Source: an uncultured Acidimicrobiia bacterium
GTDB lineage: Bacteria; Acidobacteriota; Terriglobia; Versatilivoradales; Versatilivoraceae
Assembly (NCBI GenBank): GCA_963786955.1
Contig: CAWBAT010000005.1
Span: 32,001 to 96,000 of the forward strand
DNA length: 64,000 bases
Direction: 5' to 3'
The translations under genes were made by a program, and so were the position numbers. Each line of letters opens with the position of its first letter. Position 1 is the stretch's first letter. The notes below the pieces were generated by a model that saw only the letters and a program-made list of their open reading frames with translations, did not search any database and had not been told where the DNA came from. This document shows positions 48,873 to 58,912 of this stretch, piece by piece.

Positions 48873-49988
48873 TTATCCTCGCTTGCGTTTCAGTTCCGTC
48901 TTGGACTGGGCTTTCTGCCATAAGGCAAAACCCAGCGCCAATGCGAACAAACCACCAAAACCTGCGAGGATATAATTCTTCATCTCGAAAACCGGGTTCG
49001 CGAGACGAACCACCTTAATCCCGGAAGTGTCTGGTTCTTGTTCCATACCTTCCGCCGAGCCCTTTTCATTCTCCTCGGAAACTTGTGGAGCATCCCCTGA
49101 GATTCTGAAACTCAATTGAGCTTCCTTCCCGGCCGAGACAACTTCGTAAGAGGCTGCTTTGGTAAGGGAATCCGGACCGGTTGGTTTTATCCCCTGGCCT
49201 GTGAGCTGAAGATCAGCCGGAAGGACCAGCAATCGGATTTTTTCCGGGCCGTAGAAAAACCGCTGTTTGAAATCTCGCTGATTGGTTGGATAGTTTACCT
49301 TGTAGGAAATCCTGATTTCATTAACCCCAGGCTTCATCGGAGAATGAACCGCATACCCGCCCTCCTTGCGCAGGGTAGGTTTCTGAGGCAGTGGAATTCC
49401 GGCAAGACCCACGACCGCTACACTGAGTTCGCTGACTAGGTCGGGAGTGGGAGTATCAAACAGAAACGTTCCGCCTGGAAGTACCAACGTCTTCTTGGGA
49501 TCCTTTTCGTTCGTGAACAGGTATTGCTGCTGAACAAAAAGTTGATTGCCACTTGCCTGAGCCAGCATCACGGGTAAAGAAACCCGGATTCCTTCCATAC
49601 TCTCGGTCGGTTCGTAAACGACCAATCTCACGGGAGCACTCAGATTCTGATCCGGCGTAATCGTGAGGTTGTAATTCACGCCATGATAGATTGCACGCAG
49701 CAACCAGTGCGGGGTTTGGACCCCTTCTGCCAGGGTAAAATGAAATTGACCATTGACGTTCGTTAAAGTATCCGAATTATTTTGCATGCCTTCACCGAGC
49801 ACTAGCAATTCCACCTTTTGACTGGGAACAGGATGATTGTTCGTACCGTTAATGAGCACGCCCTGCAAGGCTCTTTCGGCGCAAAGGTCGGCAGATGAAG
49901 CCAGGCAACCGAGGAAAGAAAGGAAGCAGAGAAAATATCGAACCAGCCAAGAAGAGGTCCTTGCGGCAAGAGGGTTATTAGGATTCAT
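48873..49988 (-). CDS. Hypothetical exported beta-sandwich protein with C-terminal TM anchor, within ccm operon
   Basis: Signal peptide, GVLINGT...TNVNGQFHF carboxypeptidase-regulatory-like start, and a C-terminal TM helix with basic tail. Confidence 0.7.
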   Translation of the reverse strand: MNPNNPLAARTSSWLVRYFLCFLSFLGCLASSADLCAERALQGVLINGTNNHPVPSQKVELLVLGEGMQNNSDTLTNVNGQFHFTLAEGVQTPHWLLRAIYHGVNYNLTITPDQNLSAPVRLVVYEPTESMEGIRVSLPVMLAQASGNQLFVQQQYLFTNEKDPKKTLVLPGGTFLFDTPTPDLVSELSVAVVGLAGIPLPQKPTLRKEGGYAVHSPMKPGVNEIRISYKVNYPTNQRDFKQRFFYGPEKIRLLVLPADLQLTGQGIKPTGPDSLTKAASYEVVSAGKEAQLSFRISGDAPQVSEENEKGSAEGMEQEPDTSGIKVVRLANPVFEMKNYILAGFGGLFALALGFALWQKAQSKTELKRKRG

Positions 49989-50026
49989 TCACAACCAATC
50001 GATTTGCTGAGATTTTCACGGGTGAG

Positions 50027-50386
50027 CTATTTCTTGGACTTTTTGCTACTCTTAAGAACTGCCACAACTTTGGACTCCCCCGGGCTCTGGAGACTTTCAG
50101 GCTTTAAGGATTCGATCTCACGCATGATTTGGTAAGCCTCGTGACTGAATTCTTCGCGTAAACGCTCATAGTCAAGTTCAGAAAGCTTGCCCATTTTATA
50201 TTCAAACTCAAGGTCTTTGATGTTTTCGTAGATTCTCTCTTTCCTTCTATGGAGACGTTTTAGAGGGCTCGGGTTCCCTTCCAGGCTTCCCATAAATGGA
50301 TTCTTCGCCGTAGCCAACATGGGGCGAAACACAAGCAACAAGGTCGCCAAGGTAACAAGAGAACAAACAATATAAACCGAAGTCAT
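50027..50386 (-). CDS. CcmI-N-terminus-like small membrane protein
   Basis: TM helix then IKDLEFEYKMGKLSELDYERL; located after ccmH. Confidence 0.65.
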   Translation of the reverse strand: MTSVYIVCSLVTLATLLLVFRPMLATAKNPFMGSLEGNPSPLKRLHRRKERIYENIKDLEFEYKMGKLSELDYERLREEFSHEAYQIMREIESLKPESLQSPGESKVVAVLKSSKKSKK

Positions 50387-50405
50387 CCTTGTCCTTCCGA
50401 TTCAA

Positions 50406-50933
50406 TCAAGAATCGAAGTCTTTCAGTTCCTTCTCAATCTGCTGCTGATAGGGTTCCGGGACAGCAGGGGCTGCACCATGACCTTCCACCGCCAAGGCCG
50501 GTTTCCGCCGAGCCCATACCCGGATCAGGAAGTACACTAGCACAAAACCAAGGAACAGCATCACAAACGGCATAGTCCAGGCCGTCAAATCAAACCCATG
50601 CGTCGTTGGGGCACTCAAAATCAAATTACTATACTTCGAAACAAAGATGTCCCGAATCTGCTGCCGGCTTTTTCCTTCTTTCAGATAGGCGGCTATTTCC
50701 TGTTGGAGTGGAACTCCTGACTCGCAATTGACCATTCCGCAAGCGTTGAGCTGATGATTACAGCCGCATTGGCAAACAAAATCTTCAGCCACTTTCTTAA
50801 CTTCGGGCGAAAAAGCCTGAGCGTACACAAGTGGGACAGATCCCATCACCAGAAGGATGAATATGGAAAATACCTGTCGGTATGTCCTTCCAGACGTAAG
50901 ATTTTGAAAGCACCAAGAAAATTGCATCTGCAC
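50406..50933 (-). CDS. ccmH: Cytochrome c biogenesis protein CcmH (Cys-rich variant)
   Basis: Signal peptide, CQCGC...C....C, GKSRQQI...KY...ILSAP, AWTMPF and a TM helix. Confidence 0.85.
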   Translation of the reverse strand: MQMQFSWCFQNLTSGRTYRQVFSIFILLVMGSVPLVYAQAFSPEVKKVAEDFVCQCGCNHQLNACGMVNCESGVPLQQEIAAYLKEGKSRQQIRDIFVSKYSNLILSAPTTHGFDLTAWTMPFVMLFLGFVLVYFLIRVWARRKPALAVEGHGAAPAVPEPYQQQIEKELKDFDS

Positions 50934-50944
50934 CGCACCACAGA

Positions 50945-52978
50945 CTACGCCTTTATGAGGAGTTCCTTGACATCCAGTTTGACTTCCTGCTCTTTCCGTA
51001 AGGTCTTTTCATGCCGGTCGGGAAGCAGACAAATCAATGTTCCCACCATAAATACAAAAGCCCCTAGCCAAACCCAGGCGACCAGAGGGTTCAGAAAGAC
51101 GTGAATAATCGCTCGACTTCCGTCCTGATTGAAACCCAGAACCACATACAGATCCTCTTTCAAGGTCGAGCGCAAAGCGACTTCGGTGGTCGCTTGTTCA
51201 CTGGAACGATAGAAGCGACGTTCAGGCTTCAACGTCTTAATCTCTTTTCCGTCTCGATAAACCTTGATGATGCCCACTTCAGAAACAAAGTTGGCATTTT
51301 CCGTTTCCTTAATATCCTGCAGTTTCAGCGTATAGCCGCCAATCTCAACTTTGTCGCCCTTCACCATTTCTTTCTGAACTTCACGATTAAACCCGGAACC
51401 TGCAAACCCTACGAAGAGGAATACCATTCCCATATGCACGACGTAACCACCGTAACGACGCGTGTTACGAAAGGTCAGAATCCAAAGCGCCTGTGCATAG
51501 CTTTCTCCTTGCCGGCGGCGAGCCACCGCACCTCGATGAAACTCAGCCAGGATCGTGCAAGCCACAAACACGCACAGGACCAGGCACATAAAGGAATAGA
51601 AATTTCGCATGCCAAAAACTAAAAATAAAATTCCAACCACAACTGAGACGAGGGTAGGCATTGTGAAATTTCTTCGCAAGCTTTGCACAGAGGTCTTCCG
51701 CCAGGCCAGTAATGGCCCAACGCCAGTCAAGAAAAGCAGGAAGAGTCCTATCGGCACTTCTACTTTATTGTAAAAGGGTGCGCTGACCGTCCGTTTTTCA
51801 TTTTGGAAAAACTCGGAAATGATCGGGAAGATAGTCCCCCACAGTACCGCAAACATGGAACCGAGCAATGCTAAGTTGTTGAAGAGGAAGCTGCTTTCGC
51901 GAGAGACCACGGAGTCGAGGCGATTTTCACTTTTCAGAGCGTCGAGCCGCGTCAGCAAAAGGTAGAGACAAGACCCAATCAAAATGAACAGGAAGCTCGA
52001 AAAGAAGGGGCCGATCGGAGACTGGGCAAAAGCATGGACCGAAGAAACAATACCACTTCGAGTTAAGAACGTCCCAAAGATGCAGAGCAAGAAGGTCGAT
52101 AAGATAAGAACCATATTCCAAATCTTCATCATCCCCTTGCGCTCTTGCATGATAACCGAATGGAGAAACGCCGTGGCCGTCAACCAGGGCATCAATGAAG
52201 CGTTCTCTACTGGATCCCACCCCCAGTAGCCTCCCCAGCCTAATACCACGTAAGCCCATTTGGCACCTAAGAGAACCCCGATGCCCTGAAAAAGCCAGGG
52301 GACCATCATCCAGCGGCGAGTAATTCGAATCCATTCGTCGTCTAGGTCACGCGTGATCAAGGCCGCGATAGCGAATGCAAATGGGATCGTGAATCCGACA
52401 TACCCGGTATAGAGGACAGGGGGATGAATCACCATGGCCCAATATTGCAGCAGGGGATTGAGTCCCCTCCCATCCATGGGCGTAAATGGAGTGGCTGCCG
52501 CTCCTGCCCGGATTACACCAATCTGGTCAAAGGGGTTAGCCACAAAGTTGTTCAAGAGCAAAAAAAAGCCGGCAACTATGGCAATCACGCCAACCACATA
52601 AGGCATGAGATGACGGTTTCTCTTCCGATTCTGCATTACGGTTATAAAGGCGTAAATGCATAGAATCCAGCACCAGAAGACCAGCGACCCTTCTTGCCCA
52701 CCCCAAAGAGCTCCAAACTTGTAATACCAGGGCATGGCCCGGCTACTGTTTTGAGCTACAAATTGAAGGTTAAAATTGTTACTTAACAGTTGATACCAAA
52801 GTGAGAAAACGGTGAGCGTCACAAGGATGGACATTGCGATCACTGAATTTTCAGCGGTTTCGACTAATCGCCGGTGTCCTATTGCCCCCCCCAGAAATGA
52901 TCCGACAGCAGCATAACAGGCAAGGCAAAAAGCAAATAATAAACAGAATTGCCCGAAATCACTGACTAAGGTGAGCAT
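50945..52978 (-). CDS. ccmF: Cytochrome c heme lyase CcmF
   Basis: WGGQEGS, GLNPLLQ, HPP, WAYVVLGWGGYWGWDPVENA, RSG..SVHAF and RRYGGYVVH. Confidence 0.97.
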   Translation of the reverse strand: MLTLVSDFGQFCLLFAFCLACYAAVGSFLGGAIGHRRLVETAENSVIAMSILVTLTVFSLWYQLLSNNFNLQFVAQNSSRAMPWYYKFGALWGGQEGSLVFWCWILCIYAFITVMQNRKRNRHLMPYVVGVIAIVAGFFLLLNNFVANPFDQIGVIRAGAAATPFTPMDGRGLNPLLQYWAMVIHPPVLYTGYVGFTIPFAFAIAALITRDLDDEWIRITRRWMMVPWLFQGIGVLLGAKWAYVVLGWGGYWGWDPVENASLMPWLTATAFLHSVIMQERKGMMKIWNMVLILSTFLLCIFGTFLTRSGIVSSVHAFAQSPIGPFFSSFLFILIGSCLYLLLTRLDALKSENRLDSVVSRESSFLFNNLALLGSMFAVLWGTIFPIISEFFQNEKRTVSAPFYNKVEVPIGLFLLFLTGVGPLLAWRKTSVQSLRRNFTMPTLVSVVVGILFLVFGMRNFYSFMCLVLCVFVACTILAEFHRGAVARRRQGESYAQALWILTFRNTRRYGGYVVHMGMVFLFVGFAGSGFNREVQKEMVKGDKVEIGGYTLKLQDIKETENANFVSEVGIIKVYRDGKEIKTLKPERRFYRSSEQATTEVALRSTLKEDLYVVLGFNQDGSRAIIHVFLNPLVAWVWLGAFVFMVGTLICLLPDRHEKTLRKEQEVKLDVKELLIKA

Positions 52979-53097
52979 AACTCATAATCCTTACTCTGAA
53001 ATAGATTTGATGGAATTGAAATGGCAGCTACTAACGCGAGCGCAAACAGAGTGTCAGGTTTTCTCTATTGCAATCTAACAAGTCGATCGATGCTTAC

Positions 53098-53508
53098 TTA
53101 ACTCTTTCCCGGTTTCGTATAGCTGGCTTCGTATTTAGAAGCGCATTTTGCCTGGATTTTAAGGGCCTCGAAGCTTCCATCGGCCTTCAAATGCCCTTCG
53201 GCCAAAGCCTGGGCTCCGTCTTTGAAGGTGTCCGGCAGAAGATCCTTTCCTATGTATCGGACAGGAAGGATTTCACCCTTTTGCTCCAGTCTGAAATTCA
53301 CCCCACCTGGAACCTGCTCAATGCTTCCGTTGACAACATTTCCAGCCACCCGCAGACGTTTGTTGAAAGCCTCACCCTTCATTTGCCTGAGTTCATCAAC
53401 TGTTTTGTAGTAAGCGAGACTTTCATTGAAACCACTGAAGCCAAGCCAAATAATGGCCCCAACAATGATCAGACTTCCCACCAGGAATTTAATTGCCCGT
53501 TGATTCAT
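53098..53508 (-). CDS. ccmE: Heme chaperone CcmE, CxxxY type
   Basis: YY.TV.E, LRVAG.V, LPDTFKDG and AKCASKY. Confidence 0.93.
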   Translation of the reverse strand: MNQRAIKFLVGSLIIVGAIIWLGFSGFNESLAYYKTVDELRQMKGEAFNKRLRVAGNVVNGSIEQVPGGVNFRLEQKGEILPVRYIGKDLLPDTFKDGAQALAEGHLKADGSFEALKIQAKCASKYEASYTKPGKS

Positions 53509-53689
53509 ATTGTCATTTTCCCCTTAATCCATCCCTGCAGGAAACTCATGCCTTTGTGATAACGCAATTTCATTCTAACATCCTGCGGGAGATTTTTCCA
53601 AAATGAATCCATTGAATGACTTGGATGTTACGGGCCGATTCCCCCACCGAGGTCTAATTACAAGCGGCCAACTTCAAGGAATCGCCCAA

Positions 53690-53822
53690 TAGGTCGCTGA
53701 AAAACTCTTTGTAATCGGGGTCGCCGACCCCAGTTTATATTGCCGGGACCAACGGTCCCGGCTACAGCTGCAGACTTGAGAGAAGCATTTACTTTGCCAG
53801 TGTTTATTTTTTCTGCAATCTG
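53690..53822. repeat. REP/MITE-like element
   Basis: GGGGTCGCCGACCCC and GCCGGGACCAACGGTCCCGGCTAC palindromes between loose inverted ends AGGTCGCTGAAAAA / TTTTTCTGCAATCT. Confidence 0.55.
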
Positions 53823-54004
53823 TCTGGGTTTGTGCAGCGAAGCTCAATTCCTACAGCGCCTTAAGAAGGTCACGCCTGTTCGCCTGAATGAGTTGTATCT
53901 CCTTGGGCTGTGTACAAATTGGTGAATCTTACACAGGGACCGCTGAGTTTGGCCCGAAAGATCGGGGGCAGGAGGGTGACCTTGCGAATAAGCGTTCATT
54001 TTTT

Positions 54005-54032
54005 TTGACTCACAGCGAAAGACAGGTATCAT
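54005..54032 (+). promoter_or_regulatory. Putative sigma70 promoter
   Basis: TTGACT-N16-TATCAT ending 15 nt before ATG 54048. Confidence 0.4.
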
Positions 54033-54047
54033 GTTTTCTTAAACCTT

Positions 54048-55985
54048 ATGATAGAAACACGAAAAACCATCTGCAATCGTGATTGTCCTGACGCCTGCAG
54101 TATTGTCGCCACTGTTGAGGATGGGAGAGTGACGAAGATACGCGGAGACAAGGAACACCCCGTCACACGCGGGTTCCTCTGTTATCGGACCAGTCTCTTT
54201 CTCTCAACCCAATACTCTGCAGACCGAATCAAAACCCCGCTCTTGCGCCATAACGGAAAATTCCATCCGATCACCTGGGATGAAGCATTGGATATGGCTG
54301 TCGATCGATTGACGCGGATTCGAAACGAATCCGGGCCAGCGGCGATTTTTCACTACCGGAGCGGGGGCTCACTCGGCATGTTGAAACTTTTGTGCGACTA
54401 CTTTTTCGAGCAGTTTGGCCCTGTGACGATCAAGCGCGGGGACATCTGTTCCGGAGCGGGAGACGCTGCTCAGGAGCTCGACTTCGGTGAAGAGGACAGT
54501 CATGACCTCTTCGATCTCCTCAATTCGAAAAATATCGTGCTCTGGGGGAAGAACGTCTTCACTTCCAGCCCTCACATCGTTCCAGTCCTCATGGATGCCA
54601 AGGCGAAAGGTGCGAAACTGATTCTGATTGATCCGGTCTCCCACAAAACAACCAATCTCTGTGAAAGATTCATCCAGCCGCGTCCAGCCAGTGATTTTGC
54701 GTTGGCGATGGCGGTTGCTCAAATTCTTTTTCGTGAGGGCTGGACGGATCCAGAGGCGTCAAAGTACTGTGAGCACTTCGATGAATTTCGAATACTCGCT
54801 GCCCGGAAGACCCTAGGCGAGTGGTGCGAAGAGGCCGATGTCTCTCCCGAAGTAGCTCTGGACCTGGCCCGGCGTCTGGGGCTCGAAAAACCGACGGCGA
54901 TTTTGGTAGGTTGGGGGATGGGTCGGCGGAGAAATGGAGGAGCAATCGTTCGGGCTCTCGATGCACTTTCATCGATCTCCGGCAATATTGGAATCCCCGG
55001 TGGAGGTGTTTCATTCTATTTTAAACGCCGTGGCGCCTTTGACCTCTCTTTTGTCAAGGGTGAGACCATTGCGCCGCGAACGGTCTGTGAACCTCTGTTT
55101 GGACCGGAAATTCTGAAGATGGATGATCCACCCGTCCGGGCCGTCTGGGTCACCGCCGGGAACCCGGTCGTGATGCTGCCGGAATCGTGGACAACTGTTC
55201 AGGCCTTAAGCTCTCGGGAATTCGTCGTTGTGGTCGATTCATTCCTCACCGACACGGCACGGCTAGCCCATTTGGTTTTGCCCACGACTACCTTGCTGGA
55301 GGATGACGATCTGCTGGGCGCCTACGGCCATCACTGGATTGGGGCATCCACGCCGGTGGTTCAACCTCCTGAGGGAGTCAAAACTGACCTGGAGATCATG
55401 CAAGGCTTAGCAACACGAGTAGGATTGAGCCACCTCATGGCTGGATCAGCACGAGAGTGGAAGCAGCGGCTGATTGCCTCCAAACTCAAACCGCGAGGTG
55501 TGACATTAGAAAAGCTTGAGCAGGGTGCCGTTCGCAACCCAATTCCTCCGAAAATTCTCTTCGAAGACCGGCGTTTCCCTACCCCCTCTGGCCGGGTCAA
55601 CTTGATCACAGAAAGCCCCGCTCCCAGTGAATCATGCTCCGAATTTCCTCTTTCCCTCATGTCAATATCGACGGAGAAGTCTCAGTCATCACAATGGGCG
55701 ATGAAACAAGACGGTTACGCCGTTGCCACAATTCATCCAGAGACCGTGCCGGAAATACCTGATGGAGAACTGGCTCGTCTCGAGTCGGCTGTTTCCTCAA
55801 TTGTCGTCCGAATTCACCACGATTCCAGGCAACGCCGGGACATCGTCCTGATCCCTAAAGGGGGCCACCTCCATGCGGGTCGCTGTGCCAATGCGCTCTT
55901 GCGCGCGCGGACAACCGACATTGGTGAAGGCGGTGCCCTTTACGATGAACGCGTCAGAATTGTTCAACTGCAAGAGAGTATCTAA
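54048..55985 (+). CDS. Molybdopterin-dependent oxidoreductase with N-terminal 4Fe-4S domain
   Basis: CNRDCPDAC...GFLC, ICSGAG, LWGKN, DTARLAHLVLP, FPTPSG and a C-terminal molydop-binding domain. Confidence 0.92.
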   Translation: MIETRKTICNRDCPDACSIVATVEDGRVTKIRGDKEHPVTRGFLCYRTSLFLSTQYSADRIKTPLLRHNGKFHPITWDEALDMAVDRLTRIRNESGPAAIFHYRSGGSLGMLKLLCDYFFEQFGPVTIKRGDICSGAGDAAQELDFGEEDSHDLFDLLNSKNIVLWGKNVFTSSPHIVPVLMDAKAKGAKLILIDPVSHKTTNLCERFIQPRPASDFALAMAVAQILFREGWTDPEASKYCEHFDEFRILAARKTLGEWCEEADVSPEVALDLARRLGLEKPTAILVGWGMGRRRNGGAIVRALDALSSISGNIGIPGGGVSFYFKRRGAFDLSFVKGETIAPRTVCEPLFGPEILKMDDPPVRAVWVTAGNPVVMLPESWTTVQALSSREFVVVVDSFLTDTARLAHLVLPTTTLLEDDDLLGAYGHHWIGASTPVVQPPEGVKTDLEIMQGLATRVGLSHLMAGSAREWKQRLIASKLKPRGVTLEKLEQGAVRNPIPPKILFEDRRFPTPSGRVNLITESPAPSESCSEFPLSLMSISTEKSQSSQWAMKQDGYAVATIHPETVPEIPDGELARLESAVSSIVVRIHHDSRQRRDIVLIPKGGHLHAGRCANALLRARTTDIGEGGALYDERVRIVQLQESI

Positions 55986-55998
55986 TCCAAGCGCATTC

Positions 55999-56255
55999 GG
56001 CCCTGAAAGAGCCACGCCCTGGGTAGATGTAAAAAGGTCGATTTGCCCCCTATCCCTGAGGATTGAGCATGCCCAACAATTTTCGTGCTGGACGCCAGGG
56101 ATGTTTGAGACCCTCACACCGAGCCAAGCTTTTGGCTCTGAAAGGGCCATGCATTGTAGCCCAGGGCAAGCGCGTTAGCGCGCCGCCCTGGGTAGATGTA
56201 ACAACCGAATTGCCCCTCTCCCCACGCTCCCAGCGCTGGGGAGAGGGGATGGGGA
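55999..56255. repeat. REP-like repeats
   Basis: GC.CTGAAAG.GCC and CGCCCTGGGTAGATGTAA each occur twice; also GTAGCCCAGGGC...GCCCTGGG and CCCCTCTCCC...GGGAGAGGGG hairpins. Confidence 0.7.
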
Positions 56256-56394
56256 GTGGGGGATAGACATTTCTTGCACATTTTCTATTAAGGATTAAAT
56301 ATACAAAGGGGAATTGCCACAAAACCTATTGCGTCTGTAATAATACAGGGATGAAGAATGCCTGTATCCGTGTCGACCACCATCGGAGGCCACC

Positions 56395-57243
56395 ATGCGA
56401 AAACAAACTCTACTGTTTTGTCTCTGTTTCGTAATGGTCTTTTTCCTGTTACAAACCACACTGACCACGTCGCCTAGCGACGCAAATCTCCCACCCTCTG
56501 AAGACACTGCTCATGCCGCCTTGGAAAAGTCTCCCCGGCACGGCGAATACGTGGATATCAAACTGCCAGGCAGTCAGACGTCCATCAAAACCTGGGTAGT
56601 CTATCCAGAGCGAAAAGAGAAAGCTCCTGTGGTCATTGTCATCCATGAAATTTTTGGACTAAGCGAGTGGATTCGCTCAGTGGCGGATCAGCTTGCCAAA
56701 GACGGATTCATTGGAGTGGCGCCCGACTTGATTTCCGGCAAAGGACCCGGTGGAGGCAACACCGATTCCGTGACCAGCCGTGATGAGTTGATTAAAATGG
56801 TTCGAGGGCTGACACCCGATGAGACCACTGCCCGGCTGAACGCCGTTTATGACTTTGCGTTGAAAATCCCGGCTGGAAACCAAAAGATCGCGACCATCGG
56901 CTTTTGCTGGGGTGGAGCCACCAACTTTCTCTATGCCCCCCAGCAGCCCGGGCTCTCGGCTGCTGTGGTTTATTACGGCACCTCTCCCGAAATCAATGCT
57001 CTGACCGGGATCAAAGCTCCCGTGTTGGGCTTATATGGAGAGAATGATGCCAGAGTGAATGCCACCATCGACGCCGCCTCCTCTGAGATGAAGAAGCTGG
57101 GGAAGACTTACCAAGTCGAAATATTCAAAGGCGCCGGACACGCTTTCTTGAGAGCCCAGTCGGGACAGGATGGGGCTAATTTGAAGGCAGCAGAATCTGC
57201 CTGGCCCCAGATGCTGGCTTTCCTGCGCAAATACACGAGCTAG
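56395..57243 (+). CDS. Dienelactone hydrolase family protein (exported)
   Basis: IHEIFGL, GFCWGG, VVYYG, GENDARV and GAGHAF; signal peptide. Confidence 0.92.
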   Translation: MRKQTLLFCLCFVMVFFLLQTTLTTSPSDANLPPSEDTAHAALEKSPRHGEYVDIKLPGSQTSIKTWVVYPERKEKAPVVIVIHEIFGLSEWIRSVADQLAKDGFIGVAPDLISGKGPGGGNTDSVTSRDELIKMVRGLTPDETTARLNAVYDFALKIPAGNQKIATIGFCWGGATNFLYAPQQPGLSAAVVYYGTSPEINALTGIKAPVLGLYGENDARVNATIDAASSEMKKLGKTYQVEIFKGAGHAFLRAQSGQDGANLKAAESAWPQMLAFLRKYTS

Positions 57244-57271
57244 AGACAGCCCGCCGCGTCGCGGCTGGACC

Positions 57272-57531
57272 GTAGCGCGGACCCGATATGTGGGTCCGCG
57301 GCTTTTTACCCTATTTCAGGAAAAGTGTCTAGCGCACCAGAGTCGCATTCTGACTCTGCGGCCTTCTGAGGAAAGTGTTTTGCGCACCGCCCTTCCCCCA
57401 AAGCCGCGGAGTTAGACAGCAACTCCGCGCTACCTGCTTCTCATTTCAGGAAAATCCGCAGAGTCGAAAATTGACTCTGATACTTGCTTTTTGGATTAAC
57501 AAGACGACAGGCAAGGATGCCTGTCGCTACA
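57272..57531. repeat. GTAG-type REP cluster between convergent genes
   Basis: GTAGCGCGGACCC..GGGTCCGCGGC, the inverse GCCGCGGAGTT..AACTCCGCGCTAC, and GACAGGC..GCCTGTCGCTAC. Confidence 0.75.
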
Positions 57532-57543
57532 ATGTCTGGAACA

Positions 57544-58845
57544 CTACTCCAGTTCGGTTTGTCCAGGTACGGCCACAGGTGGAACAGGTAGATTCCCAAA
57601 AGTCAGATCCTTAGGCATCAATTCAATCTTAGAATTAAGAGCCTGCTCCCATGTGACCGCTTTGCCGGTGTAAGCAGACATCCGGCCCATGATAGCTGTC
57701 AGAGTGCTTTCAGCCACGTTTTTCAGCTCATTGATCGGCTTCCCACTGCGAATGCTGTCGATGAGATCAATATGTTCCTGTAAGTAAGAATCCACTTCTT
57801 TGTCCGTAAACTGCCAGTTTACGGCCCCTTTAATCACATATTGATGGCGATCTTCAAATACGGCACTCCCCTTTGTGCCCACTACCGCCTCAGAAACGTT
57901 TTTTTCACATCCTTCAATCTGGCGGGCCATACTCATCACGTGCACTCCCTTCGGGTACTCGTAATCGATGGCAAAGTGATCAAAAATTTGGCCGTATTCC
58001 GGGGCGGTGCGGACTTGTCTTCCACCCATGCCGACGGCCCGAACCGGATGACTTTGCGTTGCCCAATTGATGACATCCAGATTGTGAACGTGTTGTTCGA
58101 CAATATGATCCCCGGACAGCCAAGTGAAATAAAGCCAATTTCTGAGCTGCCACTCCACATCGCTCCAGCTAGGCTGGCGATCTTTTTTCCAAAGCCCCCA
58201 CTGGTTCCAGTAACAACGCCCCGCCACAATGTCTCCGATCGCTCCTTCATGAATCAATTTCATGGCTTCTTTGTAACTCCTCTGGTGCCGGCGTTGAGTA
58301 CCTACCGCAATGGATAGCCCTTTAGCGTTGGCTTCCTCATATACCTCCAAGCAAGTCCGGATGCCAGGACCATCCACGCCTACCGGTTTTTCTGCAAAGA
58401 TGTTCTTCCCTGCCGCAACGGCAGCCTTGAGATGCAATGGCCGAAAGCCGGGAGGGGTGGCAAGGATGACGTAATTGATGTCACAAGCCAGAACTTTCTG
58501 ATAGGCATCGAATCCCACAAAACAGCGATCTAGAGGAAGGTCTACAGTGCCGGGATTTTTTTCCATGAGGAACTTACGGCCATCATTTAAGCGATCCTGA
58601 AAGAGATCTCCCAACGCCACTAACTTGACATTGGGCGCCGCATGCAGTGCCTGGTCGGCCGCGCCTCGCCCGCGGCCTCCGCAGCCGATCAACCCGACTC
58701 GAATCATGTCGCTACCGGCCGCGTGCACGGCTGTCAATTCCCCTAGGCGAGAGGCAACTGACGCTCCGAGAGCCGCAGCCGAGGAATGCTTTAGAAATTC
58801 TCGACGGGAGGCAAGACTACCTTCCCTGACTATTTTTTTCTTCAT
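57544..58845 (-). CDS. Tat-exported Gfo/Idh/MocA-family oxidoreductase
   Basis: SRREFLK Tat motif, GLIGCGGRG, ATPPGFR, AEKP and SGDHIVEQHVH. Confidence 0.93.
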   Translation of the reverse strand: MKKKIVREGSLASRREFLKHSSAAALGASVASRLGELTAVHAAGSDMIRVGLIGCGGRGRGAADQALHAAPNVKLVALGDLFQDRLNDGRKFLMEKNPGTVDLPLDRCFVGFDAYQKVLACDINYVILATPPGFRPLHLKAAVAAGKNIFAEKPVGVDGPGIRTCLEVYEEANAKGLSIAVGTQRRHQRSYKEAMKLIHEGAIGDIVAGRCYWNQWGLWKKDRQPSWSDVEWQLRNWLYFTWLSGDHIVEQHVHNLDVINWATQSHPVRAVGMGGRQVRTAPEYGQIFDHFAIDYEYPKGVHVMSMARQIEGCEKNVSEAVVGTKGSAVFEDRHQYVIKGAVNWQFTDKEVDSYLQEHIDLIDSIRSGKPINELKNVAESTLTAIMGRMSAYTGKAVTWEQALNSKIELMPKDLTFGNLPVPPVAVPGQTELE

Positions 58846-58912
58846 GACCCGTTGTTCTCCTTTTTTATTTTAGCTATGACAAAAAAATCGTCGATGAATG
58901 GTCTCTTCCATT

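Noticed and set aside
55999-57531. Repeats as a CRISPR array
   Set aside because: Only 2-3 irregular palindromic units, no constant repeat-spacer period and no cas genes.
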